NCBI GenBank assembly: GCA_943371455.1
Contig: CALRUV010000001.1
Location: 1 to 45,613 of the forward strand
DNA from: Chitinophaga pinensis
GTDB lineage: Bacteria > Bacteroidota > Bacteroidia > Chitinophagales > Chitinophagaceae
Reading direction: 5' to 3'
DNA: 45,613 nt
Positions 1 to 9,259 of the stretch are shown here, one piece after another. Position numbers and translations under genes: made by a program. Each line of letters begins with the position of its first letter. Position 1 is the first letter of the stretch. The notes under the pieces are model-generated. The model ran no database searches. It saw nothing but the letters and a program-made list of their open reading frames with translations, and had not been told where the DNA came from.

Positions 1-861
1 ACTGATGTTAAACAAAAAGAGCAGGTAGAATATGGCAAGGAATTAATTGCACATACAGCAAAATATCTGGGGCCCAATGGTTCGGTTTTAAAAATAAGTA
101 ACGGAATGAATTGCCAGAACTGCCACCTGCAGGCTGGCACAGCCGTTTATGCCAATAACTATGGTTCTGTTGCTTCCTTATATCCAAAGTTCAGGGCAAG
201 AAGCGGCACTACAGAAAATATTTATAAAAGAGTAAACGATTGTTTTGAACGTAGCTTGAATGGCAAAGCTATTGATACTGCCGGTAAAGAAATGCAAGCC
301 ATTGTTGCTTATATAAATTTTTTAGGCAGCAATGTAGAAAAAGGAAAAAAGGCTGAAGGTTCAGGCTTTAAAGACCTTGCAGTTTTAGACCGTGCCGCAG
401 ACCCGGAAAAAGGATTAACTATTTACACAGCTAAATGCCAAAGCTGCCACCAGGCAAATGGCGAAGGTGTTTTTAACGGTGATAAAACTGAATATACATT
501 TCCTGCATTGTGGGGCAAGAGCAGCTTTAATGATGGAGCCGGGCTTAACCGCATCAGCAATTTTGCAAAGTATGTAAAGTACAATATGCCACAGGGTACT
601 ACCTATCAAAGCCCACAACTTTCTGATGAAGAAGCATGGGATGTTTCTGCTTATGTACTATCTCAAAAAAGGCAACACATTAATGTGCCAAAAGACTGGC
701 CGGATAAATCTAAAAAACCATTCGACCATCCATTTGGCCCTTACGCTGATAATTTTACCGAAGCTCAACACAAGTTTGGCCCTTTTAATCCTATTATAGA
801 AGAGCAAAAGAAAAAAGAGGAAGGAGCAAAAAGTAAAATGATTGCATCAATAAAAAAATAA
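1..861 (+). CDS. tsdA: Diheme cytochrome c, thiosulfate dehydrogenase (TsdA)-like; 5' end lies outside the window
   Basis: Frame is open from base 1 (TDVKQKEQVEYGKELIAHT...). Two CxxCH motifs (CQNCH, CQSCH). RVNDCFERSLNG carries the TsdA-type heme-1 Cys ligand and YVKYNMP matches the heme-2 Lys/Met region. Confidence 0.8.
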   Translation, partial: TDVKQKEQVEYGKELIAHTAKYLGPNGSVLKISNGMNCQNCHLQAGTAVYANNYGSVASLYPKFRARSGTTENIYKRVNDCFERSLNGKAIDTAGKEMQAIVAYINFLGSNVEKGKKAEGSGFKDLAVLDRAADPEKGLTIYTAKCQSCHQANGEGVFNGDKTEYTFPALWGKSSFNDGAGLNRISNFAKYVKYNMPQGTTYQSPQLSDEEAWDVSAYVLSQKRQHINVPKDWPDKSKKPFDHPFGPYADNFTEAQHKFGPFNPIIEEQKKKEEGAKSKMIASIKK

Positions 862-879
862 AAGTAAAAACTTGTCATA

Positions 880-2571
880 ATGAGTAATAACAGAAGGGAT
901 TTTATAAAAAAGTTTGGCACAGCCACAGGAGCAGGTATTTTAGCAGCTTCTCCTATTGCTTCAATAGCCGAAACAATAAACAACAGAGAAGTGGATGAAA
1001 TTATTGCTGATGACAGGCCCTTCACTATTTCTATTCTACAAACCACCGATGTACATTGCCAGGTGCATCCGCATGATGAGTTATTTTGGGAAAATGATAA
1101 AGCTGTATTTCGTAAAACAGGTGGCTATGCCCACCTGGCTACCTATTTGGAAAAAGAAAAAAAGAAAAATGCAAATACTTTTTTAATTGATACCGGCGAT
1201 ATGTTCCAGGGTAGTGAACTATCTGTAAAAACAACGGGCAAAGCAATGGTGCCCATCTTGAATGCATTAGGTTATGATTTATACCTTCCGGGAAACTGGG
1301 AAGTTATTTATTATAAAAAGGCCATGCAAACTTTATTGGGATCATTAAATGCACCAAAGGTTTGTGCCAATATGTATCATGATTTGGGGGAAGGAAAAAA
1401 GGGGGAATTAATTTTTCCGCCTTACCACATCTGGAATATAAAGGGAGTTAAAATCGGATTCATTGGTTATACCGATCCGTTGGTTCCCATTCGTCAATCA
1501 CCTAACTACAGCAAAGGTATTATATATACTAAGCCTGAAGAAAACCTTGCACATTATGCAGATGTTTTGCGTAACCAGGAGCAATGCGCTTATGTTATGA
1601 TAGTAGCACACTTAGGTTTATCGCAGCAAATACATTTAGCCAATTTAGAAGAGTGTAAAGGTGTTGATTATATTTTAGGCGGCGATACACATGAAAGGGT
1701 ACGTAAACCAATTGAATGTAAATATGCAAAAGTGGTAGAGCCTGGGGCATTTGGTTCTTTCGTTGGCAAACTTACACTTACCATACAAAATGGAAAAGTA
1801 ATAAAAGATGAGTACGTACTTGATGAAGTAACAGCGGATAAGTACAAACCTTCTGCCGCAATTACTGCTTTAATTAAAAGCAACGAAAAACCTTTTGAAG
1901 ATGATATTTACAAGATTGCCGGTTACAGTACCATTCCGTTGTATAGATATTTTGTTGTTGAAAATCCAATTGATACCCTGATACTGGATGCATTGAAATG
2001 GAAAGTACCGGAAGTAGATATTGTATTGTCAAATGGTTTCCGTTTTTGTCCGCCAAGAACAACAGCAGACCACACGGGAAATATTCCCATTACAGATGGA
2101 TTTATATTTGATATGCTTCCGGTTGATAGTACTGTGAGAACGGGAACTGTTACTGGTAAGCAAATAAAAGAGTGGTTAGAAAAGGAATTAAATAATGTAT
2201 TTGCAAAGGATGCCTCGGAACGTTTTGGCGGCTGGGTGATAAAGTTTAAAGGAATGCATGTATCCTTTAATGCTTTTGGAGAAAAAGGCAAACGGGTGCA
2301 GCAGGTAATGGTTGCAGATGCAGCACTTGATTTGAATAAAAATTACAACATCTGTGCCTGCGAAAGAGACGGCGACCCAAGCGATATGCTTTGCCGGATG
2401 AAAGGTGTGGTCAATGCAAAAAATACGCAGCACACTTTACATACTGTATTAAAAGCATACTTAAAAACAAATTCGCCGGTAACACCAACACCACCCATGA
2501 ATGCTAAAATCTTAGATGCTCCGCAAACATTACTTACACAGGTAACAGGAGTTGATTATAAATTTCACTAA
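880..2571 (+). CDS. Tat-exported SoxB-like thiosulfohydrolase / 5'-nucleotidase-family metallohydrolase
   Basis: Twin-arginine signal SNNRRDFIK. Metallophosphoesterase motifs TTDVH, DTGDMFQG, GNWE, AHLG, GGDTHE. SNGFRF resembles SoxB SPGFRW. Starts 18 nt after tsdA. Confidence 0.75.
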   Translation: MSNNRRDFIKKFGTATGAGILAASPIASIAETINNREVDEIIADDRPFTISILQTTDVHCQVHPHDELFWENDKAVFRKTGGYAHLATYLEKEKKKNANTFLIDTGDMFQGSELSVKTTGKAMVPILNALGYDLYLPGNWEVIYYKKAMQTLLGSLNAPKVCANMYHDLGEGKKGELIFPPYHIWNIKGVKIGFIGYTDPLVPIRQSPNYSKGIIYTKPEENLAHYADVLRNQEQCAYVMIVAHLGLSQQIHLANLEECKGVDYILGGDTHERVRKPIECKYAKVVEPGAFGSFVGKLTLTIQNGKVIKDEYVLDEVTADKYKPSAAITALIKSNEKPFEDDIYKIAGYSTIPLYRYFVVENPIDTLILDALKWKVPEVDIVLSNGFRFCPPRTTADHTGNIPITDGFIFDMLPVDSTVRTGTVTGKQIKEWLEKELNNVFAKDASERFGGWVIKFKGMHVSFNAFGEKGKRVQQVMVADAALDLNKNYNICACERDGDPSDMLCRMKGVVNAKNTQHTLHTVLKAYLKTNSPVTPTPPMNAKILDAPQTLLTQVTGVDYKFH

Positions 2572-2673
2572 TTTAAAATTATACCCTAAGCTGGTTTTGT
2601 AAAGGTGGAATTATAGAAATAGTAACTAATCAGGAAGCAGGCCGGGCTTATATCAGATCTGGATTTTAATATC

Positions 2674-2692
2674 CCTGCCAGCCGCAGGCAGG
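2674..2692. repeat. Short GC-rich imperfect palindrome (CCTGCC...GGCAGG type intergenic repeat)
   Basis: CCTGCCAGCCGCAGGCAGG between the soxB-like and porin genes. It resembles a palindromic repeat I recall as common in Bacteroidota. Confidence 0.4.
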
Positions 2693-2713
2693 CATAAAAG
2701 TTTAAAGTTAAAA

Positions 2714-4135
2714 ATGAAAAGAATTGTTACAGCAGCCTTTTTGTTGCTTATAGGGAATATTTTATTTGCCCAACATCAGGAAATTTCAGAGAAACCTGAA
2801 ATGTATAAAGGCAAACAGGTACAAACAGAAGATACCACATCTTTGTTATCCGCTTTCAAAAGAGGTCATTTTAATGGGCATTTCCGTTATTTTTTTATGA
2901 GCACCCAAAACCAAAAGGGACTTACCGATTATTATGCCAATGCTGCCGGTGGCGGCTTGCGGTACGAAACTGCAAAGTTTCATGGCTTTCAATTTGCCGT
3001 AAGTGGTTTTTATACTTTTAACATTGGTTCATCCAATTTAGGGAAACCTGATACCGCAACAGGCCAAATGAACCGTTATGAAATTGCATTGTTTGATGTA
3101 GAAGACCCTTATAATAAAAAGGATATTGACAGGCTGGAAGAACTTTATATTAAATACAACTATAAAAAATCCAGTATAGTTTATGGCAGGCAGCTCATGA
3201 ATACACCCTTTATCAATTTGCAGGATGGCCGCATGAGGCCAACTGGAGTGGAGGGTATTTGGTTTGAAATGAATGAGATCAAGAAAACAAAAATTGAAGG
3301 CGGTTGGTTGTATGCTCTTTCACCAAGAGGTACTACCAAATGGTATGATGCGGGTGAGTCAATTGGTGTGTATTCCGGAGGTGTAAATGTTGATGGGTCA
3401 AAATCTGAATACAGCAATAATTTAGAAAGTAAAGGAGTTTTTTTAGCAGGGGCACATGTTGAATTAAATAAAAATATTACACTGCATGGATGGAATGTTT
3501 TTACACAGAATATTTTTAATACTGCCATGCTTCAAGCAGATTTTTCATTTCCATTAAAAAATAATAATACCATTTTTGCTGCTGCACAATTTGTAAGGCA
3601 ATATGCAGTATATAATGGCGGCAATGAAGTTGCAGCTAAAACATATTTTGAAAGGGGTGGGAAAGCAATAACATTTGGTGCCCGGGCGGGTTGGAAAAAT
3701 AAGCAATGGGAAGCCAGTATCAATTACAACCGCATTACTGCACACGGACGGTATTTAATGCCCCGAGAATGGGGACGGGATCCCTTCTTTACATTTATGC
3801 CAAGGGAACGCAATGAAGGCTTTGGCGATGTACATGCAATTATGGGTAAGGTAAATTATCATATTCCTAAAATAAGGATTAAAACATCTTTATCCGGAGG
3901 GTATTATAAGTTGCCAGATGTAAAAAACTACCGTTTAAATAAGTATGGTGTACCTTCATACACACAGTTTAATGCAGATGTAAGATATGCCTTCAAAAAT
4001 ATGTTTAATGGATTGGAAGCACAGCTTTTAGTGGTGGGCAAATTAAATAGTGGCGAAACCTATAACAACAAAAGATTTGAGTTCAATAAAGTAAATATGG
4101 TGGTTTTTAATTTTGTTTTGAACTACCACTTTTAA
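2714..4135 (+). CDS. Outer-membrane beta-barrel porin, OprD-like
   Basis: Sec signal peptide, amphipathic beta-strand pattern, GRQxxNTPFIN motif, C-terminal aromatic residue (LNYHF). Confidence 0.75.
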   Translation: MKRIVTAAFLLLIGNILFAQHQEISEKPEMYKGKQVQTEDTTSLLSAFKRGHFNGHFRYFFMSTQNQKGLTDYYANAAGGGLRYETAKFHGFQFAVSGFYTFNIGSSNLGKPDTATGQMNRYEIALFDVEDPYNKKDIDRLEELYIKYNYKKSSIVYGRQLMNTPFINLQDGRMRPTGVEGIWFEMNEIKKTKIEGGWLYALSPRGTTKWYDAGESIGVYSGGVNVDGSKSEYSNNLESKGVFLAGAHVELNKNITLHGWNVFTQNIFNTAMLQADFSFPLKNNNTIFAAAQFVRQYAVYNGGNEVAAKTYFERGGKAITFGARAGWKNKQWEASINYNRITAHGRYLMPREWGRDPFFTFMPRERNEGFGDVHAIMGKVNYHIPKIRIKTSLSGGYYKLPDVKNYRLNKYGVPSYTQFNADVRYAFKNMFNGLEAQLLVVGKLNSGETYNNKRFEFNKVNMVVFNFVLNYHF

Positions 4136-4140
4136 AAATT

Positions 4141-4782
4141 ATGAGAAGTAAAATAGCAACCTTTGATGCGACTTTTGAACCAGCATTGCTAAAAGAAATG
4201 CAGCAGTTTGGGGAAGTTAAGCACTATACAGAAGGTGATCTGATAATGGACTATGGTAAATACATACGTATGATGCCCATTATTGTAAAAGGTACTATTA
4301 AAGTTTTCATGATGGATGAAACCGGCAATGAAATCTTATTGTATTATCTTTCCAGCAATGAAAGTTGCTCGATGGCCTATAGCTGTTGCATGGAAGCAAA
4401 AAAAAGTGAAGTAAAAGCCGTTGCAGAAGATGATGTTGAATTGATTGCTATACCGCATTTAAAATTGGAAGAATGGATATGCAAATACCCAAGCTGGAAA
4501 AGCTACATCATGCGGAGCTTTAATGCACGCTTTTTAGAACTCTTGAAATCTATTGAAAGCATCGCATTTCATAAATTAGATGAACGGCTTATTGGATACC
4601 TGAAAGAAAAACAACGCCTATCCGGTTCCAGTGTTATTAAAGCATCACACTATCTTATCGCTGATGAACTGCACACATCCAGGGTAGTTGTATCCAGGCT
4701 TTTAAAGCAATTAGAAAATAATAAAAAAATTATCCTGTACAGGAATGAAATCAAGTTGTTGAATGGATTTAATAATGAGTAA
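4141..4782 (+). CDS. Crp/Fnr family transcriptional regulator
   Basis: cNMP-binding-like domain (IVKGTIKV...GNEILLYYL) and C-terminal HTH (IADELHTSRVVVSRLLKQLE). Confidence 0.9.
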   Translation: MRSKIATFDATFEPALLKEMQQFGEVKHYTEGDLIMDYGKYIRMMPIIVKGTIKVFMMDETGNEILLYYLSSNESCSMAYSCCMEAKKSEVKAVAEDDVELIAIPHLKLEEWICKYPSWKSYIMRSFNARFLELLKSIESIAFHKLDERLIGYLKEKQRLSGSSVIKASHYLIADELHTSRVVVSRLLKQLENNKKIILYRNEIKLLNGFNNE

Positions 4783-4861
4783 AATGATGTTAAAGCCATG
4801 CAGTCGAATTTTTTTCATAAAGATGCGGGTGAGGCTATAAAGGCGGTTATTGGGTTTTAAA

Positions 4862-4883
4862 TCTTCGCCGGTGTTGGTGTTTT
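4862..4883 (+). repeat. 22-bp direct repeat, copy 1 (TCTTCGCCGGTGTTGGTGTTTT)
   Basis: Identical to 7315-7336. Directly abuts the hipT stop codon at 4884. Confidence 0.8.
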
Positions 4884-5843
4884 TTACTGCGCGAGCAATG
4901 CATAACGTTTGTCAATTATTGCCTTGTAAGCTTCTTTGAGCTCCTTTGATAAAAAGGAATGATCGATCCATTTTATGGCTAGCGGTCGATTCTTTTCAAA
5001 ACGCCGAAGCGATCCGCTAACCTGCCTCGAACTAAGACCCAGCCCCAAACCCAATCGTTCAAAATGTTCCCTGCTCAGTTTTTTCTTTTTGCCCTCCAGG
5101 GTTAATGCTAATTCTTCAGTATCAGCAGGGTTGGCAAGTGCAACATTCAGCAGATCATAGGCAGGTGAGAGGTGCCAAATGCCCTTATCATGTATCATGG
5201 AAAAGTTTTTCAGGTGCATATCGTTGTTGCCTGTAAGAAAACTGAAATGGGTTATTTCAAAAAAATACAGTTTATCCAATAGCGTGTTATCCGAAAAAGT
5301 ATGAATGCCTTTGCCAACTTTTTCCATAGAACTTTTGTACTTATCTACTGCTTCCAATAACTGGAACATATCGAGCATATGTATCTTGCCACCCTGTGCT
5401 GTTCTATCAATCCGACGTGTTATATAACAAAGCTCTCCGGTCTTCAGGCGAATCAGGCTGGAAGGAACAACCCGAATACCAAATGCTTCTGCCATTCGCA
5501 TGGTTACATGTTCGTTTTGTGGCATTTGCGGAAAAAGGGCAGAAGGGGGTTTGAATATATAGTTACCTCCAAGTACTCCTACAACTGTGAGCCGTTTATG
5601 ATCAGCCCCTGCCATAGCATCCTTTACTAATGTGAGCGATAGTTTAGGTTGTACCCCCGGAATAGTGATACTTCTTTCAACCACTTGTTTGGCTAGCTCA
5701 GCCATATCAGCTAAAGAATAATCCAATTGTGGAGCTTCGCGCGTGCCAAAAAATGCATTACTACATTCCGGATGAAAATCAACGGCCGATTCTTCCGGTA
5801 ATGACTCATAACAATATAGACATCGTTTATTCATTTGCTGCAT
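4884..5843 (-). CDS. HipA-family kinase toxin (HipA C-terminal domain only, HipT-like)
   Basis: Gly-loop TIPGVQPK, catalytic GNNDMHLKNFS, LSPAYDL. Confidence 0.9.
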   Translation of the reverse strand: MQQMNKRCLYCYESLPEESAVDFHPECSNAFFGTREAPQLDYSLADMAELAKQVVERSITIPGVQPKLSLTLVKDAMAGADHKRLTVVGVLGGNYIFKPPSALFPQMPQNEHVTMRMAEAFGIRVVPSSLIRLKTGELCYITRRIDRTAQGGKIHMLDMFQLLEAVDKYKSSMEKVGKGIHTFSDNTLLDKLYFFEITHFSFLTGNNDMHLKNFSMIHDKGIWHLSPAYDLLNVALANPADTEELALTLEGKKKKLSREHFERLGLGLGLSSRQVSGSLRRFEKNRPLAIKWIDHSFLSKELKEAYKAIIDKRYALLAQ

Positions 5844-6159
5844 CTATTGATTGTATACTCACTGCTCCTATACAGTTCCGGCAGCAGGCCATTAATAAAC
5901 CCATACGATCGCCGGGATTCAGTTTCCAGTTTTTACTGGCAATGTCGAGTAGCCAACCTTCCGGTATCAAGCCCTCAAAAAAAGCAAAAAGGTGATTTGA
6001 AATATAGGGTTCAGCCCTTACCGGCATGGTGAGTGTAATGGGCTGACTGAACTGTAATGCCTGGTAATCTTCATGATATTGGAAAATGTATTCGCCCTCA
6101 TCGGTTTCGGTAAGTGTTCCCGCTAAGTGCTCATCATATAATACATTAGCCTGCCTCAT
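5827..6159 (-). CDS. HipA N-terminal domain protein (HipS-like antitoxin)
   Basis: AGTLTETDEGEYIFQY, FAFFEGLIPEGW and CIGAVS motifs. Overlaps the kinase gene by 17 nt. Confidence 0.85.
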   Translation of the reverse strand: MRQANVLYDEHLAGTLTETDEGEYIFQYHEDYQALQFSQPITLTMPVRAEPYISNHLFAFFEGLIPEGWLLDIASKNWKLNPGDRMGLLMACCRNCIGAVSIQSIDAANE

Positions 6160-6383
6160 GAGGTAGATTGTTCAGTGGTATTTAATTCGCGACAGCTAAC
6201 CGGAGCCAGTTCATGCCCAAACATCTTTAATACCTGGTTTACCTTTCCTAGTTGAAGTGTGTCTTTTCCCTGTTCGATCTTGCGCAGAACCGTAAGTGCC
6301 ACACCCGCGCGCTCTGCAAATTCCTGCTGACTCATCCCGGCTTGTTTCCGCCTACGTTTTACAAATTCAGCGAGGGTTTCCAT
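6156..6383 (-). CDS. XRE-family HTH regulator (HipB-like)
   Basis: SQQEFAERAGVALTVLRKIEQG HTH. ATGA overlap with the hipS-like gene. Confidence 0.9.
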   Translation of the reverse strand: METLAEFVKRRRKQAGMSQQEFAERAGVALTVLRKIEQGKDTLQLGKVNQVLKMFGHELAPVSCRELNTTEQSTS

Positions 6384-6391
6384 AATTTAAC

Positions 6392-6487
6392 TATATGCTT
6401 TTAAATATAATTGCCCAAAATTAGTAAATTTATATGTAATTAAATATAATTTATAAAAATTACCGTAAATATACGTAATAGCATATA
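6392..6487. promoter_or_regulatory. Three 18-bp palindromic operators TATAY-N8-ATATA with a Bacteroidota -7 box (TAATTTTG, minus strand 6416-6423)
   Basis: TATATGCTTTTAAATATA (6392), TATATGTAATTAAATATA (6431), TATACGTAATAGCATATA (6470), spaced exactly 39 bp apart. Same 5-8-5 geometry as E. coli HipB operators. Confidence 0.7.
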
Positions 6488-6732
6488 ATGATTTAAATGA
6501 CTGTATATGAAAAAACAGAATTTAGCTAATTTTCAGGCTTGAATAAATCTAACTGATTTATTCATTCTAAGTAGTGGAGAACACCTACCTTAACCCTTAT
6601 TTCAAAAGAGTCATGACCCCCTAATACCCTATTAAGTTAGTCCCTACCTGCTATTTTATTTTGAACCCCATTTTAATGTGGTTACTATTCTACAATAAAT
6701 ATTGTAAATTTCTCATGTGCGGTAAGACTTTC

Positions 6733-6782
6733 AAGGGGTGAAGCACAGATGGTATTAGGGGTTCAAATCTCGTGGATTTTCC
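6733..6782 (+). repeat. 50-bp imperfect direct repeat, copy 1
   Basis: AAGGGGTGAAGCACAGATGGTATTAGGGGTTCAAATCTCGTGGATTTTCC; 45/50 identical to 7224-7273. Confidence 0.85.
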
Positions 6783-7179
6783 GGGCAAAACCTCCAAATC
6801 TAATTCCTATCCTGATCTTAAAACCATTCAGGATACGCGGAAAGTCATGCAAGGAAAACCCGTGATCATTTCTGTTAGTTTAAACAATCCGATGGTATTT
6901 GGCGAATTTGAAAAAGAGGTAGACGCGATCCTGGGAGAATTTGGTGTGCAAACAGAAGCGATATCGGATATGGTTTCCGGTAAATCAGAACCTTCGGGAT
7001 TATTGACCATGCAAATGCCCTTGAATATGTCTGCCGTTGAAAAGCAATTTGAAGATAAGCCTCGTGATATGACACCCTATAAAGACAGCAATGGCCATTT
7101 ATACGATTTTGGATTTGGGTTGAATTGGAAGGGTGTGATTAATGATGGTAGGGTGAAGAAATATGTTGTGAAGCATTGA
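6772..7179 (+). pseudogene. Orphan 3' fragment of a GH3 beta-glucosidase (C-terminal domain only)
   Basis: GKPVIISV..NNPMV..EFE.EVDAIL..FGVQ..A..D..SG..EPSGLL.MQMP and YDFGFGLNW resemble a GH3 C-terminus. The GTG 'start' lies inside the repeat and there is no N-terminal catalytic barrel. Confidence 0.75.
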
Positions 7180-7223
7180 GTATTTGCGGAAGAATATTTT
7201 GATAAAATATGGGTATAAGAAAT

Positions 7224-7273
7224 AAGGGGTCAAGCATAGATGGTATTAGGTGTGTAAATCTCGTGGATTTTCC
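7224..7273 (+). repeat. 50-bp imperfect direct repeat, copy 2
   Basis: AAGGGGTCAAGCATAGATGGTATTAGGTGTGTAAATCTCGTGGATTTTCC. Confidence 0.85.
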
Positions 7274-7314
7274 ACTTTAGATATAAACAATCTGAAAAAA
7301 GTAGCTTAATGATC

Positions 7315-7346
7315 TCTTCGCCGGTGTTGGTGTTTTCAACAACGCC
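7315..7346 (+). repeat. 22-bp direct repeat copy 2, extended into a REP-like hairpin (GGTGTTGGTG-TTTT-CAACAACGCC)
   Basis: First 22 nt are identical to 4862-4883, and here the second arm of the hairpin is present. Confidence 0.7.
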
Positions 7347-7437
7347 CAAAATTCATTTAAAACGGCTTGATTTAATAAACAGAAACAATCATGAGTTGAA
7401 CCTTGTTTAACAACGTCCAACATCGGGATCAAGTAAT

Positions 7438-7580
7438 AGCGGCTGAATATATTTTTCATCGGCAGAACAAATCCCAGCTTCAGCATTTAGGGCGACCCAA
7501 CTCAGCTGATCTGTAGAACATACCTTCAGTTTTAGTATCTTTAGTTTTGTGGCATTAAGACCTGAACATTAGCAGCCAAT
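7438..7580 (+). repeat. Degenerate attC-like inter-cassette repeat A
   Basis: Shares GTATCTTTAGTT and flanking similarity with 8530-8686. Ends in GAACATTAGCAGCCAAT just before a gene. Confidence 0.55.
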
Positions 7581-7594
7581 AAAATGAAAGTAAA

Positions 7595-8521
7595 ATGAAC
7601 ATTTCAGTTGAATACAAAGACACTACCGGTACAATTTCTAATTTAACATACAATTTGACAAGGCTTGCCTTTGTAAAACATTTAGCAATTGCAGGGCAAG
7701 GTTACGCTCCTCGACCACAAAAAATTTTGCGTACTATTGGTATGTTTTTTCATTACAGTTATTACCTCCAGCGACAGGCATTTAATAATAATCACTTTTC
7801 TGCGCCACCTATAATTTTATCAGATCCGACTGAGCAGGGTCAATTTTCTACATTAGCAGGTAAAGCAATTGCAGATTTTTTATCAAAGAGAATTAATAGA
7901 AGCTTATATACTACTAATTACGAAGCTGTTGCTGCAAGGCCCTTAAGAGGGCAAAGACCAGATTTGGTTGCCTATACACAAAACTCACAATTTACCATAG
8001 AAGCAAAAGGAAGGTATCAAGCAAATCCTGGAAATATGGCTGATCATAAAACTCAGGCAGGCTCAGGAACATATCCTAGAAATTTCTCAGTGGCATGTGT
8101 TTCATATAATTTATATAGACAAGTTACTTGCAAATATCACGACCCATTTAATGACAATATACCATACGATAACAAGACTCTTCAAAAAATAACTAGGAAG
8201 TATTATTCTAAATTAGCAGAATTTCTCAATCCAAAGTATTTTGAATTTAGAGAATTTGATTTTCAAGGAGAGAGATTTTATGAAATTGAACTATCCTTTC
8301 AAAATTTCAAAAATCTTTTTCCAAGCGATTCACCATTTATACCAATTTGGCCTTTTGAAATGTTTGACATTAACAGACCTAAATTAATACTTCCAAAAAA
8401 TATTAGAGAATACGCTGAAACTGGAATAACAAATGAAATAAAACCTTTTCTTTTTGATTCTAAAGAACATGATGAAAATATTTATATCGATAATGATAGG
8501 GTTGGTTTAAGAATTAGCTGA
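7595..8521 (+). CDS. Hypothetical protein with a putative PD-(D/E)XK nuclease motif (cassette gene)
   Basis: 308-aa ORF containing RPDLVAY...TIEAKG. Confidence 0.6.
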   Translation: MNISVEYKDTTGTISNLTYNLTRLAFVKHLAIAGQGYAPRPQKILRTIGMFFHYSYYLQRQAFNNNHFSAPPIILSDPTEQGQFSTLAGKAIADFLSKRINRSLYTTNYEAVAARPLRGQRPDLVAYTQNSQFTIEAKGRYQANPGNMADHKTQAGSGTYPRNFSVACVSYNLYRQVTCKYHDPFNDNIPYDNKTLQKITRKYYSKLAEFLNPKYFEFREFDFQGERFYEIELSFQNFKNLFPSDSPFIPIWPFEMFDINRPKLILPKNIREYAETGITNEIKPFLFDSKEHDENIYIDNDRVGLRIS

Positions 8522-8529
8522 TAGAAATC

Positions 8530-8686
8530 GGCTGCTAACTCAAACCTTTAGCAATTGTGGGCTGCTCAATTCTGCTTGTCTATAGAGAATATCATCTGCT
8601 TTTGTATCTTTAGTTCAGAGGCAGTTAAATCGGTGTGACGGAACATCAAACCCTAAGTGCCTTAAGGACAGAACTTTAGTAGCAAT
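8530..8686 (+). repeat. attC-like inter-cassette repeat B
   Basis: Begins GGCTGCTAAC (an R''-like core) 8 nt after the stop and ends GAACTTTAGTAGCAAT before the next ATG. Confidence 0.6.
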
Positions 8687-8701
8687 GTTAAAAATATAAA
8701 T

Positions 8702-9259
8702 ATGAATCTTACTCATTGGAATTATTTTTTATCTATAGAGCAAGACGTTAAAGAATTGAGTAGATTTATTTAAATGAGCTATTCAAATTTTAATTGCTAT
8801 TCTATTCAAAATGCACGCTTAATATTAGCTTCAACTCAAGACATTGATGTTTTATTAAAACAAATTTGTGCAAAATTAGGAAACAACTCTACGAATGAGT
8901 CAGGGTATCGATTATTTATGACAAATAACTACCCGAATATACTAACTGCAAAAGTCGAAATATCGATGTACGATTTGGAATTCATGCCATTCCAAGCATG
9001 GTCTAACAATATAACTCCTGATTGGTGGACTGCTAACAATAAAATTAAACATGAAAGACACACGCATTTTACATTTGCATCACTTCAAAATTTATTGGGT
9101 ACAGTTGCGGCTCTTTTTATTACCAACTTATTTTTCTATTCTATAGTAGAAGAAGATATTGGAGTGTTTCCTGGTACATCTTTTTTTTCTGTACATACTT
9201 TAACGACAGGTTTAAGTCCAACTGATCTTGGAATGGTGCCAAATTACAAATTGCCTTAA
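8702..9259 (+). pseudogene. Conserved hypothetical gene interrupted by an in-frame TAA at 8771-8773
   Basis: ATG at 8702 reads MNLTHWNYFLSIEQDVKELSRFI* and continues in frame into the 161-aa ORF (MSYSNFNCYSIQNARL...WWTANNKIKHER). Confidence 0.7.
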
